The notes: generated by a model from the letters alone, not told the origin. 64,000 bases of DNA from Mobula hypostoma (GCF_963921235.1 NC_086097.1:22198001-22262000); one strand, 5' to 3'; counted from the stretch's first letter, positions 1 to 12,699 are shown. Made by a program: numbers and translations.

Positions 1-322
1 AGTCAGAGGCTTTTTCCCAGGGCTGAAATGGTTGCCACAAGTGGACACAGGTTTAAGGTGCTGGGGAGTAGGTACAGAGGAGATGTCAGGGGTAAGTTTT
101 TTACTCAGAGAGTGGCGAGTGTGTGGAATGGGCTGCCGGCAACGGTGGTGGAGGTGGATACGATAAGGTCTTTTAAGAGACTTTTGGATAGGTACATGGA
201 GCTTAGAAAAATAGAGGGTTATGGGGAAGTCTAGTAATTTCTAAGGTAAGGACATGTTCGGCACAGCTTTGTGGGCCGAAGGGCCTGTATTGTGCTGTAG
301 GTTTTCTATGTTTTTATGTTCC
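1..322 (+). mobile_element. CR1/HER1-like LINE, 3' end
   Basis: ORF 28-234 has the CR1 C-terminal motif (GHRFKV..FFTQRV..WNGLP..SFKRLLDRYM), followed by a 3' UTR GGGCCGAAGGGCCTGT and a TTCTATG-type tail. Confidence 0.85.
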
Positions 323-1518
323 TATACTCCAGTTACAAACAGGGTGGTCCACAAATACACAAGCAAATAACTAAAATCCAAGCTAAAATGTAACAGTAAA
401 TGACCTGATGACCCCACTATAATCCCACAAAAGCATTTCAACGCAAGAACAATTAATAGCGCTGGTCATTAGGAATGCTGGGGCGGGCTGTCAACCCGGC
501 CCCACCCCCAAGTGACACAATACAGTATATGTATAAATTAAGTTAAATAAGCAGTGCAAAACGAGATCAAAAATAGTGAAATAGTGTGCATGAGGTGGTT
601 CATTGTTCATTGATAGATAGATCAATAAATCAATAAGTAAAACATATCCCGTTTCAGCTGAATTACTGAAGGCATTGCTCAGAATCTGAAGCCCCTTGGC
701 CACTGCAGCACCAGTCAACCGTGTCCCTTCCATCAATCCAAGCGAATTCATCGCTCCTTCTCGACAGAATAATCAGGCCATTGGGCTGAGGGATTCAGAG
801 TGACCTCTAAAGCTCCTGTACTTATCGCAGTTGGCTGAACCCCAGGCAGCGTTATTGCATGGGACAATTTGCGAATGTTGTGTGTGATTAATAACTGTGA
901 AAGCTGCATTCAAGCCATTAGAGTGGCATGTGTTTTAACCCCCTGCAATGCACTGTTATTTTCAAGAATTAAACTAACATGCAGGGCTGTGTATATGAAG
1001 CATGCTGCTTGGCCAAGTACTAGTTGGCAACTTTTCTGGCAGATAAAATCTACTACAGCAAGCAGATGTGCTAAGGTGTTTGCAGGTTAAGTAAATCTTT
1101 GGGAGATTACCAATTGCCAGCGCAGTATTAAGGGAGTGTTCTCCTTTCAAAGGTGTCAGTCTGCAGATGGGGTGCTGAACTGAATCTCAGTCCATGGTTT
1201 TGTTTAGGATTGGAGCCTCCTGCTAAGCCAATATTGACTGGTTTTCTGTCATATCCGGCAATGACAGTAGAAACCCGTGCGGGAGAGCATTTTTAAAGTG
1301 GAAAAGCCGTCGCACTGGGGCAGGCCCACTCTCTTCACCTCAGAAGTCTGGGTCTAATGGTACAAGAAATCATCACGAATTTCGCAGACGCCAACCCTGT
1401 GGTAAAATCTCGGCCCAAGCCACACCCACCTGAACTTAGGTCACGTTCCCCAGTCTATGTTATCAATACTGCTTTGTGGTTCACATTAATGTGGTACAGT
1501 GAACCGCAATGCTTCAGT

Positions 1519-2852
1519 AGACAATAGACAATAGGTGCAGGAGTAGGCTATTCAGCCCTTTGAGCCAGCACCACCATTCACTGTGATCATGGCTAATCAT
1601 CCACAATCAGTATCCAGTTCCTGCCTTATCCCCATATCCCTTGACTCCACTATCTTTAACAGCTCTGCCTAACTCTTTCTTGAAAGAATCCAGAGAACTA
1701 GCCTTCACTGCCTTCTGAGGCAGAGCATTCCACAGAACCACAACCCTCTGTGTGAAAAAGTTTTTCCTCAACTCCAGTCTAAATTGTCCACCCCTTATTC
1801 TTAAACTGTGGCCTCTGGTTCTGGACTTCCCCAACATCAGGAACATGTTTCCTGCCTCTAGCGTATCCAATCCCTTAATAATCTTATATGTTTCAATCAG
1901 ATCCCCTCTCATCCTTCTAAATTCCAGTGTATACAAGCCCAGTCACTCCAACCTTTCAACATATGACAGTCCTGCCATCCCGGGTATTAACCTCGTGAAC
2001 CTACGCTGCACTCCCTCAATAGCTAGAATGTCCTTCCTCAAATTTAGAGACCAAAACTGTACACAATACTCCAGGTGTGGTCTCACCAGGGCCCTGTACA
2101 GCTGCAGAAGGACCTCTTTGCTCTTATACTCAATTCCCCTTGTTATGAGGCCACCATGCCATTAGCTTTCTTCACTGCCTGCTGTACCTGCATGCTTACT
2201 CTCAGTGACTGATGAACAAGGACACCTAGTTCTCGTTGTACTTCCCCTTTTCCTAACTTGACACCATTCAGATAGTAATCTGCCTTCCTGTTCTTGCCAC
2301 CAAAGTGGATAACCTCACATTTATCCATATTAAACTGCATCTGACCACTCACCCAATCTGTCCAAGTCACCCTGCATTCTCATAACATCCTCCTCACATT
2401 TCACACTGCCACCCAACTTTGTGTCATCTGCAAATTTGCTAATGTTACTTTTAATCCCTTCATCTAAATCATTAATATATATTGTAAATAGCTGCGGTCC
2501 CAGTACCGAGCCTTGCGGTACCCCACTGGTCACTGCCAGCCATTCTGAAAAGGACCCATTAATTACTACTCTTTGTTTCCTGTCTGCCAACCAATTTTCT
2601 ATCCATGTCAGTACCCAACCCCCAATACCATGTGCTTTAATTTTACACACTAACCTCCCATGTGGGACCTTATCAAAGGCTTTCTGAAAGTCCAGGTACA
2701 CTACATCCACTGGCTTTCCCATGCCCATTTTCATAGTCACATTCTCAAAAAATTCCAGATGATTAGTCAAGCATGACTTCCCCTTCGTAAATCCATGCTG
2801 ACTCGGACCTATCCTGCCACTAATATCCAAATATTCCGCTATTACATCTATT
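1519..2852 (-). mobile_element. CR1 LINE, RT and C-terminal region, frameshifted
   Basis: ORFs 2330-2965, 2143-2370 and 1607-1936 carry QHGF, YLDFQKAFDKV, QGSVLGP, FADD and FFTQRVV..WNALP. The tail reads (AGACAAT)n on + at about 1519. Confidence 0.92.
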
Positions 2853-3064
2853 GCTTCCCGGAGCAGTGTTGATATCACAGGATGAGGAATGTAAGGAGAA
2901 ACCATGGAGGAGAGGGAGATGGGGAGAGATAAAAAGGGGGGTCTGGAGTTTGGAGTCCAGCACATAAAAGAAAGTTGCAGAATTTACAGTCAAGATGACA
3001 CCATGCTGCGGTCTCCATTGAGACAATGGCTCAGACTCAGTTGCTTTTTAAGTTTGTGGGGATT

Positions 3065-3472
3065 GTTTTGGGGATAGAGAGGTATGTGAGGGTCATGTTA
3101 GGGCTCAGGAACAGGGATATGGGAGAGTTAGGGGTCAGCTTTGGGTTTAGGGATAGGGAAGTGGGGGAGTTAGAGGACATGTTAGGATTTAGGGACTGGG
3201 ATTTGAAGGAATTAAGAGGTCAAGTCAGGGCTCAGGGACAGAAATGTGGGGAGGTAGAGGTCAGGTCAGGGTTTCGGGCCAGAGATGTGAAGGAGTTGGA
3301 GGTCAGGTCAGGGCTTAGGGACAGAAATGTGGGGGGTTAGAGGTCAGGTTAGGGTTTCGGGACAGGGATGTGAAGGAGTTAGAGACTAGGTTAGGGTTTA
3401 GGGACAGCGATTTGAAAGAGTTAGTGGTCAGGTCAGGGCTTAAAGACAGAGATGTGGGGAGTTAGAGGCCAG
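3065..3472. repeat. Degenerate 42-bp G-rich minisatellite, about 9-10 copies
   Basis: Unit like GAGGTCAGGTCAGGGCTTAGGGACAGAAATGTGGGGGGTTAG; gives the 14-aa periodicity in ORF 3026-3340. Confidence 0.85.
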
Positions 3473-4114
3473 GCGTCTGTTCTATGCTCAGCAGTTGAAG
3501 GCCAGCGGCGTTGATGGGTAACAGAGGACATCTATGGATGTCAGACTGCCCCAGATCAAGGGGTCCTGAGATCAGATATCCACATGTGAAGGAAGCATGA
3601 GGAAGGTCAGGAGTCGGTCAGTCAGTGAGGCTGGAGTTCAGGATCCTGTAACCAGCTCGTCAGGGGTCGATACTGAAGACCGCAACCCGAAGGCCGATCG
3701 GAAGCCTGGAAGTTGAAGCCCTATGGCTGAAGCCTGGAGAATGGAGGCTTACCTTGGGTCTGGAGGACTGTCCGTGTGAGCTGCCCCCAGCATATCCTTG
3801 GGCGTGTTGGTTGTTAATGCAAACAGTGCATTTCTCTGTTCGATTCCATGTTCATGTGATACATAAACCTGAATGTGAAACCAGGGGTGATCCTGAGGGC
3901 CGACGGGGGGGGTGGGGGTGTGTGGGAAGTGCAGTTTCCTGGCATGTCAGAGGACCAGTGGAGCTTCCAGTGATACAGGCAGTCCTGGAGATGGATAGAT
4001 ATGAAAAGAAGTGATGAATTTAAATCAAGGCATCGCTTTACTGTGAGCATAGCGAGACCAAGGGTGAGCAGAAAATAAGCAGCAAGGTTCAAAAAGAAAC
4101 TCAAGTGAAAAAGA

Positions 4115-4495
4115 GAACATTGGAGAATGAGGGGAGATTTGAGGAAATTTGCTAAAATTTGACAAAGTTACGAGGAGTATAGCTGGGGTAAATACAAGAA
4201 GGCTTTTTCCACTGCAATTGGATGAGACTAAATTTAGAGGTTATGAGTTGAGGGTGAAAGACCATCTCTTAGATGGTAGTGCAAGTGTGGAATGAGCTGC
4301 CAGCAGAAGTTTTGAACCCGGGTTTGTCTGCAACTTTTAAGAAAAGTTTGCATAAGTACATTGGTAGGAAGAGGATGGAGGGTTGTGGCCTGGGTATAGG
4401 GTGATGAGATTAGGCAGAATGAAGTACAGCATGAACTAGATGGGCCAAAGGGCCTGTTTCTGTGCAGTAATGTTGGATGACTCTCTGACTCTAGG
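4115..4495 (+). mobile_element. Old CR1 3' fragment
   Basis: Degenerate GAGGGGAGATTTGA..TGTGGAATGAGCTGCCA..GGGCCAAAGGGCCTGTT and a (ATGACTCT)n-like tail. Confidence 0.7.
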
Positions 4496-4680
4496 GCAAG
4501 TCAAACAACAGAACAAACAGCTGAGCTAAGGTTGAGGGCTGGTCAACGGGTCAACGGGTAGAAACAGGTAGAACTGAATTTGTGGTCAGAAGGTCAGGTA
4601 GAAGTTGATAAATAATGTTTCAACCTCGGATTGTTACAAACACAGAGGGATAGAGATCATGGCTCCAGTAGAGGGACTGA

Positions 4681-4930
4681 AGACCATAAGACCATAAGAC
4701 ATAGAGCAGAATTAGCCCATTTTGCCCATTGAGTCTGCTCTGCCATTCGACCATGACTGTTTTATTATCACACTCAACCCCATGCTCCTGCTTTCTCCCT
4801 GTACCCTTTGATGCCCTTACTAATCAGAAACCTATCAGCCTCTGTTTTTAATATACTCAATGACCAAGCCTCTACAACCATCTGTGGCAATGAATTCCAC
4901 AAATTTCTTCTGGCTAGAGAAATTCATCCT
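4681..4930 (-). mobile_element. CR1 3' tail fragment
   Basis: (AGACCATA)n tail followed by the reverse complement of the CR1 3' UTR; same family as 6883-7280 and 43200-43600. Confidence 0.7.
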
Positions 4931-5965
4931 CTTCGATTTTATCTAATAGCCACAGTGCTGCCCAAAGAGAAAAAGGCTTGGAATGTGGGAGGTCCACTTA
5001 GTAGCACACAGAGGCATGAGGTTTGTTTGCCACCACATTACACAGGGGTAACTTGTATTTGCATGTGTCGTTCCTTTAGCATACCTCAGATAGTTCTAAT
5101 CAATGTCTGGTTTTAACAATGGAGCTTTTAATTTTAAATTAGCCTGAAAGCGTTTCTTGAGGGCTGTTTGGGATCAGGTGTACAGCAGCAATGGTTTATG
5201 TGGACTGTCCCTTTAAGAGCAGCATTTCAAATAGGCAAAGAGAGGTAATTATACCTGCCTAGAATCTACTGAGGTAAGTCAACTGGAACTGCTTGTGTAT
5301 CTCAAGAAACAGGCTAATGACCAGGTTTTCTGAACAGCAAGACAGAGGATAAGCTGTTTTCTAACAATGGGGTTATACTTCAATCTATTATTTGCATTTG
5401 TTAAATCAACGCAATAAAATACTGTCAAAACACATAAACGAAATGGAAAGAAAAGCAGCAAAGCCATGTTCAGACTACACGACACTGTCTAATCCATCTT
5501 CCTGAAAGCTGAAGGTGTTAGATATCCAGACTGCAAAATTACTGTCGAGGAGGTAAAATTTGCCTTTACTTTGGTCTCGTTTTATTTTCCTTTCTCCGAG
5601 GCGTCCTTAGCTTTGCATAGTCTGTCCTCCTGCTGCTATTGATAATTACTATAATTAAACCTTCACTATTTTTTTGGCTCCATCTGCTTTTGTTATCTGT
5701 GTCATGCCTACCGCTCATTTGCAAATCCTCCTGCACGACTGAAAAAACAAAATGAGACAGGCAAATGGGTGAATCTGTGAATCTGAGATCAGGAATCGAC
5801 ACCTACATTTTTTTTTGTAGCTAATATCAACAACATGACACAAAGTGAACACTTTTAAAAGACAGCTTCTTAGCATGAAAATAATTTAATTTTATTTGTG
5901 GAGCCCACTTCAAAAAAAATTCTACGTTGTTTGTCTTAATCAATGCCCTACAAGAACGCTGGAGG

Positions 5966-6752
5966 CGGAGCAAAGTCAAGATGGCGCCTAACGGCGACTC
6001 CCTTGTTTGCACCTTTGGAAACAGCTCTATTTCTATCTTTGATATCTCTTTTTTCCCACTTCAAGGTTCATTTGAAGACCCTGATCTGGAGTTACACTCT
6101 GACTTTATTTCTTTGTGGGATTGGGACCTGCTGTGAGGGCATCACAACTGGCCACTTTTTGATATCCCAAGGAAACGGCCTGGAAGACTAATGCCCCTAC
6201 AGGGTTCTGGATTTTCGTCTCTCTGGAGATGGGCTGACTCTAGGCTGGTGCCCCCAACTGAGGTGTTGCGGGAGAACATGAAACATCGGGAGCAGCGTGT
6301 TAGCTGCTGGGGGCTGTATGTCTGGAGAGCTGCGACTTTTTGGCAACGCAACAGATTTTTAACATCGTAGTTATGTCTCCCCTCTCGCCATGAAACAGGG
6401 ACACCTCTTTTTCCCTTATTAGGGAGAGAGAGAGCCTGTGGTATGTTGAATTACCGGGAGAACGAGTAGGTTTTGGGGTACTGCAAGTTTGTGTCTTTGT
6501 TGCATGCTTGAGTGCTCGGTGGAGGGTGCTGATGCTATTTCTGCTGGTGGCGGTGGGGGTGGGGGGGGATGGTCGTTGCCTTGCTACTGCTTGTGTGTGG
6601 GAGGGAGGAGCTGGGGGGGGCTTTGGGGTTCCAACATTTTAATTGTCATTCATTCTTTGGGGCACTCTTCTATTTTCATGGATGTTTGTGAAGAAAAAGA
6701 GTATCAGGATATATATTGTATACATTTCACTGACATTAAATGTACTTATTGA
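5966..6752 (+). mobile_element. Non-autonomous interspersed repeat (AAGATGGCG head, Rex1/LINE-type tail)
   Basis: Begins GAGCAAAGTCAAGATGGCG. About 6355-6745 is homologous to the inverted copy at 20080-20490. Confidence 0.55.
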
Positions 6753-7420
6753 ATGAAGACGAGAGGTGACGAGGTGAAGACTGAGTGGATAGGCAGAAAC
6801 TTTTTCCCAGGGAGGAAATGGCCAATACCAGGGGGTATAATTTTAAGGTGATTGGAGAATAGTATGGTGGGGGGGGGGGAATAAGACCATAGGACCATAA
6901 GACCATAAGACATAGGAGCAGAATTAGGCCATATGGCCCATCATGTCTGCTCCAGCATTCCATCATTCCAGTTGATAAGAACATCAGCCTCCGCTTTAAA
7001 TATATCTAATGACTTGGCCGCAAGAGCCATCTGTGGCAGTGAATTCTACAGATTCATTACCGTCTGGCTAAAGACGTTCCTCCTCATCTCTGTTCTAAAT
7101 GGACGTCCTTCTATTCTGAGGCTGTGCCCTCTGGCCCTAGCTCCCCAACTCCACATTCACTCTATCCAGGCCTTTTAATGTTCGTTAAGTTTTGATGAGA
7201 TCTCCCTCATTCTTCTAAACATCAGCAAGTGCAAGCCCAGAACTATCAAATGCTCTTCATACGTTAATCCTTTCATTCCCTGTATTACACCTTCAAAATC
7301 AACCTTTCAAAGTGAATCACTTCACACTTTTCCATATTGAACTCCCTTGCTCCTTCCCAGCTCTGCATCCTATCAATGTTCCGTTATAACCCACAACAAT
7401 CCTCTATCTTACCCACAACA
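6753..7420. mobile_element. Cluster of CR1 fragments on both strands
   Basis: + fragment at 6753-6870; - strand 3' end at 6883-7280 with an (ATAAGACC)n tail; - strand RT remnant at about 7310-7420. Confidence 0.65.
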
Positions 7421-8128
7421 GCATGTTGGAAAATCGAAGGCTCGAGTCTTACTCAGGATAAGAGGTGAGAATACCATTCTCCAAACTGGCCTTGGTACCC
7501 GGCTGGACACTTTCGTCCAGTAGGTGTTGTCTGGTGCACTCTCATCTCCACCAACCTCGACATGCTGCCTGCTAATACACCACCAACTTCAAGCAGTGAG
7601 TTAGTTCAAAGGCTATTTAACATGTTCTGCAGGATTTATAGTGATACAAGCAATGGGTCATTCTGTGCCAATGGGTATTGAAGAGATATTCTCAGTTGGA
7701 TTATTCTCTTCTACTGCAGACATAATCACACAAACATACACACAGAACGTTTTCCAGCTGGTATCATGGGACAGAAAGTCAAACCTTTTGTAACACATAT
7801 CTATTAACTAGAGTCTATTTAAGCAGAATCTCAGGATTTTAAATAAACAGCATTTGGATCTGCTGCTGACCTGGACAACAGCAGCAAACGGGAGACCAGA
7901 GAGTAAGTCTGACGAGGGAGACATCAATGAGTGCAGAGGCAGTGACCCTAGGCCACTATAGACAGAGAGAGACGAGAGAATGAGGGGTCAACGGCAGTGG
8001 AGAAACTGATGGAAATGGACAAGTTCAGTTTTATTATCATTCAACTCTATACATGTGTACCATCCAACAAAGCAATGTTCCTCTTCAACAAGGTGCACAC
8101 ACAACACATGAGGTAATATTACCACATA

Positions 8129-8399
8129 AAGGCATCTGTTAGTCTTGCAAGACCATGGATCTACGCCTGGAAAGTCTTCACTCTCCAGGGCACAGGCCTG
8201 GGCAAGGTTGTATGGAAGACCAGCAGTTGCCCATGCTGCAAGTCTCCCCTCTCCATGACACCAATGTTGTCCAAGGGAAGGGCATTAGGACCTATTGGGC
8301 TTGGCACCAGGAACCAACACGTTGCCTCGGCTGGGTCTGGAACTCACAACCTTCAGGTTGCTAGTCCAATGCCTTAACCACTTGGCCACATGCCCACAC
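8129..8399 (-). mobile_element. tRNA-headed SINE with RTE-like tail and 12-bp TSD
   Basis: The - strand head GTGGCCAAGTGGTTAAGGCATTGGACTAG..GAGTTCCAGACCC has A/B-box-like motifs; the tail is TCCATGGTCTTGCAAGACTAACAGATGCC. TSD TATTACCACATA at 8117-8128 and 8400-8411. Confidence 0.75.
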
Positions 8400-8529
8400 T
8401 ATTACCACATATATGTAGTAAATGCATCTTATTATTTATTAATTTATATATTACCACATATAAATTAATAAATAATGATGCATTTACAACACGTCAAATT
8501 GTAAAAGTATTGTGCTACTGGCACTCCAT

Positions 8530-9072
8530 AGGTGTTGAGACCTGTGAGGTGGTAGGGAGTTCAGTAGTCTCATGGCCTGGGGGGGGAGCTGTTTCCTATC
8601 CTAACAGTCCTTGTCCTAATGCTACGGTACCTCCTGCCTGATGGTGGGGGGGGGTCAGAGAGATGTTTGGATGGATGAGAGTAAGATCACTGGCCACGCT
8701 AAAGCCCTGCATACACAGTGGTCCTGATAAATATCGTGGTAGATGGAATAGAGATCCCAATGATCCTCTCAGCAATCCTCACGATCTGTTGTAGGGTCTT
8801 GCGGTCAGATGCTTTGCAACTCACTGACCAGATGGTGATGAAACTGGTCAGGATACCCTCAATGGTGCTTCTGCAATAATTGGTTAGAACTGGGGTGGAT
8901 GGGAACCTTGCTCACCTCCATCTCCTCAGAAGTGGACATGCTGCTGTGCACTCTTTGCTGAAGAGATGGTGTTCAGGGACCAGATGACATCACCTATTAT
9001 GTGCATTCTGCAGAGGAGCCATTTATGTGCAGTGAGGTGTGGTCAGCCTGCTACTTCCTGAAGTCCACAATT
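8530..9072 (-). mobile_element. Rex1/Babar-type LINE fragment
   Basis: Reverse complement resembles the other Rex1 3' regions in the window (GGTACCTCCTGCCTGATGG; CAGGATACCCTCAATGGTGC). Confidence 0.6.
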
Positions 9073-9074
9073 AT

Positions 9075-9500
9075 TAGGGGAAAAACCTGCAACAATTCGG
9101 GAATGAGATATCCGTGTGCAACAGTGACATTGGCTAAAGGCAGGCAGTTCCTTATACCATCCATGATAAAGTAGCTAGTGAGCTAAATCACATGGAAGGT
9201 GAAGGAATTCTTTCTAGGGTTGATTGGAGCCCATGGGCAATGCCAGTGATCCCAGCAGCCAAGAAAGATGAATCTGTCAAGATCTGTGGTGATTTTAAGG
9301 TCACCTTCAACCCAGTACAGAGAGTAGGTCAAAACCCTCCGCCCAGGATAGAGGATACCTTTGCAAACCTTCCTGGAGGAAAGCACTTCCTCAAGTGGAC
9401 TCAGCTGAGGCCTACCTACAGATGGAGTTTAAAGAAGAGTCCAAAGTGTTTCTCACCGTAAACATACACAAATAGCTTGATCACTGAAATAGGCTTATTT
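9075..9500 (+). pseudogene. Gypsy/Ty3 pol RT N-terminal fragment
   Basis: VPY..ELNHMEGEGILSRVDWSPWAMPVIPAAKKDESVKICGDFKVTFNP..PPPRIEDTFANL; frameshift and stops downstream. Confidence 0.85.
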
Positions 9501-9795
9501 TTCTTTCTTTTCTTTTTCAATATTTTTATTGATTTCTTACATAAAAGAATACAGAGTACAGGAGGATATATATTATATATCAATTACAATATATTTAAAT
9601 CACACTTATAGCCTCATTACCCCATATGCATGTAAATTAAATTGAATCGTAATATTGAAAAGTAGTAATTTTATTATACAAAAAAAATCTAAACCCACTA
9701 CCAAGAAAAGCTGTTTGGTAAAGAGAGAAAAAGGAAAAAAATCCTTATCATATGGTAAAACATATTTTTAGCCAACATCTGTACATAATCTGTAC
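9500..9795 (-). mobile_element. L1/Tx1 3' UTR, separated from its ORF2 by the CR1 insertion
   Basis: (TTTC)n/TTTTTATTG tail at about 9500-9530 mirrors the + strand L1 tail at 13100-13133; continues at 11239. Confidence 0.6.
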
Positions 9796-9805
9796 AACAT
9801 CTGTA

Positions 9806-11238
9806 CCCCACTTTTTAAAAAAGGAGGGAGAGAGAAACCGGGGAATTATAGACCGGTTAGCCTAACGTCGGTGGTGGGGAAACTGCTGGAGTCAGTTATC
9901 AAGGATGTGATAACAGCACATTTGGAAAGCGGTGAAATGATCGGACAAAGTCAGCATGGATTTGTGAAAGGAAAATCATGTCTGACGAATCTCATAGAAT
10001 TTTTTGAGGATGTAACTAGTAGAGGGGAGAACCAGTGGATGTGGTATATTTGGATTTTCAAAAGGCTTTTGACAAGGTCCCACACAGGAGATTAGTGTGG
10101 AAACTTAAAGCACACGGTATTGGGGGTAAGGTATTGGTGTGGGTGGAGAATTGGTTAGCAGACAGGAAGCAAAGAGTGGGAATAAACGGGACCTTTTCAG
10201 AATGGCAGGCGGTGACTAGTGGGGTACCGCAAGGCTCAGTGCTGGGACCCCAGTTGTTTACAATATATATTAATGACTTGGATGAGGGAATTAAATGCAG
10301 CATCTCCAAGTTTGCGGATGACACGAAGCTGGGTGGCAGTGTTAGCAGTGAGGAGGATGCTAAGAGGATGCAGGGTGACTTGGATAGGTTGGGTGAGTGG
10401 GCAAACTCATGGCAGATGCAATTTAATGTGGATAAATGTGAAGTTATCCACTTTGGTGGCAAAAATAGGAAAACAGATTATTATCTGAATGGTGGCCGAT
10501 TAGGAAAAGGGGAGGTGCAACGAGACCTGGGTGTCATTATACACCAGTCATTGAAAGTGGGCATGCAGGTACAGCAGGCGGTGAAAAAAGGCAAATGGTA
10601 TGCTGGCATTTATAGCGAGAGGATTCGAGTACAGGAGCAGGGAGGTACTACTGCAGTTGTACAAGGCCTTGGTGAGACCACACCTGGAGTATTGTGTGCA
10701 GTTTTGGTCCCCTAATCTGAGGAAAGACATCTTTGCCATAGAAGGAGTACAAAGAAGGTTCACCAGATTGATTCCTGGGATGGCAGGACTTTCATATGAA
10801 GAAAGACTGGATGAACTGGGCTTGTACTCTTTGGAATTTAGAAGATTGAGGGGGGATCTGATTGAAACGTATAAGATCCTGAAGGGATTGGACAGGCTAG
10901 ATGCAGGAAGATTGTTCCCGATGTTGGGGAAGTCCAGAACGAGGGGTCACGGTTTGAGGATAGAGGGGAAGCCTTTTAGGACCGAGATTAGGAAAAACTT
11001 CTTCACACAGAGAGTGGTGAATCTGTGGAATTCTCTGCCACAGGAAACTGTTGAGGCCAGTTCATTGGCTATGTTTAAGACGGAGTTAGATATGGCCCTT
11101 GTGGCTACAGGGGTCAGGGGGTATGGAGGGAAGGCTGGGGTGGGGTTCTGAGTTGGATGATCATAATAAATGGCGGTGCAGGCTCGAAGGGCCGATTGGC
11201 CTACTCCTGCACCTATTTTCTATGTTTCTATGTTTCTA
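9806..11238 (+). mobile_element. Young CR1 LINE, 5'-truncated, near-intact RT
   Basis: ORFs 9871-10095, 10035-10715 and 10600-11151 join through two frameshifts (GNYRPVSLTS, QHGF, DFQKAFDKV, QGSVLGP, FADD); (TTTCTATG)n tail. Confidence 0.95.
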
Positions 11239-11885
11239 TAATAACAAATCAAAGATTTTGAAAATAATTCAAAAATGGTCCCCAGAATGTTAGAAAGTCC
11301 TGTCTAGATTCAGAAATTGAACAATGAATCTTCTCTAGGTTTAAGCATGACATGATATCACTTTACCATTCAGCATGAGTAGGCGGAACAACATCCTTCC
11401 ACTTAAACAACAACGCCCTCCTAGCTATAAGATAACTAAAAGCCAAAATGTGCAAATCAGGTGTCTCCAAGATAATATCTTCTCCTCCAACAATACCGAA
11501 TAAGGCAATCAAAGGGTTACGTTTACAATTTACTTTGAAAGGTACAGAAAAAGTTTGGAATACTTCCTTCCAATATTTTACAAGACTCGGGCATGTGCAG
11601 AACGTATGAATTAATGAAGCATCTCCATTGTTACTTCTGTCACAACAGGGAAATATATCCAAATAAAAACAAGACAGCTTATCTTTAGTCAGGTGGGCCC
11701 TATGGACCACTTTAAATTGTAGGAGGGAATAATGGGCACATAACGATGAGGTATTAACCAATTAAAAAATTTCATTCCAAGTTTCCTCAGAAATTGAAGT
11801 CTCTAAGTCTTGCTCCCAGAAATTTTTAATTTTGTCTGAAGAAACGTTTCTCATTCCCAACAACATACCATAAATATTTAGATAT
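11239..11885 (-). mobile_element. L1/Tx1-clade LINE ORF2 C-terminus (zf-RVT)
   Basis: ORF 11363-11761: LLQFKVVHRAHLT...CDR...ASLIHTFCTCPSLVKYW...IARRALLFKWK. Confidence 0.85.
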
Positions 11886-12699
11886 TGTGTAGTCGCGCAC
11901 AAATGCACTACTAAAGGAACACACCGAGGCAGAGAGAGCTGAACTCAGAATGCCTTTACTGATTCAAAATTGCACCCTTAAATCTCCCCTCCCATGGGCC
12001 CCTGCGACCCACGGGGCGGACATGACGTCAGACTGTCCCCGGAAGGTCCGCCCCGAACAGGTAGTTCCAAACGCGCTACCACGTGTCTGCCCGCAGCTCG
12101 GTGTTTCTATCTTACAGTTTGCAGTGTCGCTTATTTGAGATCCCCCGTCTCACGAGTCAGCAGACTGTCTCTGACTGTTGAGAGAGAGAGAAAGATTGCT
12201 TGAGTGCGGAGGCCTCTGACACCCGCGCCCGCTGTCTCAATGTTTTGATCACCGCGGGAATTGGGTCGCCCTCAGGGCATTATTAGTGACCCCTCCTTCT
12301 TCTTGATGCTATCATCAGGCAGGAGGTACAGGAGATCCTACCTCATACAAAAGCATGTCCAACACTGTCATCAGGTTCTTGAACTGACCTGAAAAACCCA
12401 AGTGATGCCTTGGACCACGTTAACCGACTGAGGGAGGAAAAAAGTGTACCTGGGGTCAGAAGGAGAGTGTGCACACTCCACACAAGCAGCACCCAACGCC
12501 AGTCCCGACCCTTTGAACTCTGGCACCGTGAGGCAGGAGCTCCATTAGAGGAATGGAAATTGTAAAGCCGAGCAAGGCCATGTTTGAGTCCCCTACAGAT
12601 AGAAGCAAAAGAAATTACAGCAGGCGGTAGAGAAATGAGTAAGGAATTAAATAAATATTTTCCACAAAGACATATTTGTCTAGGAAAATTAAACACATA

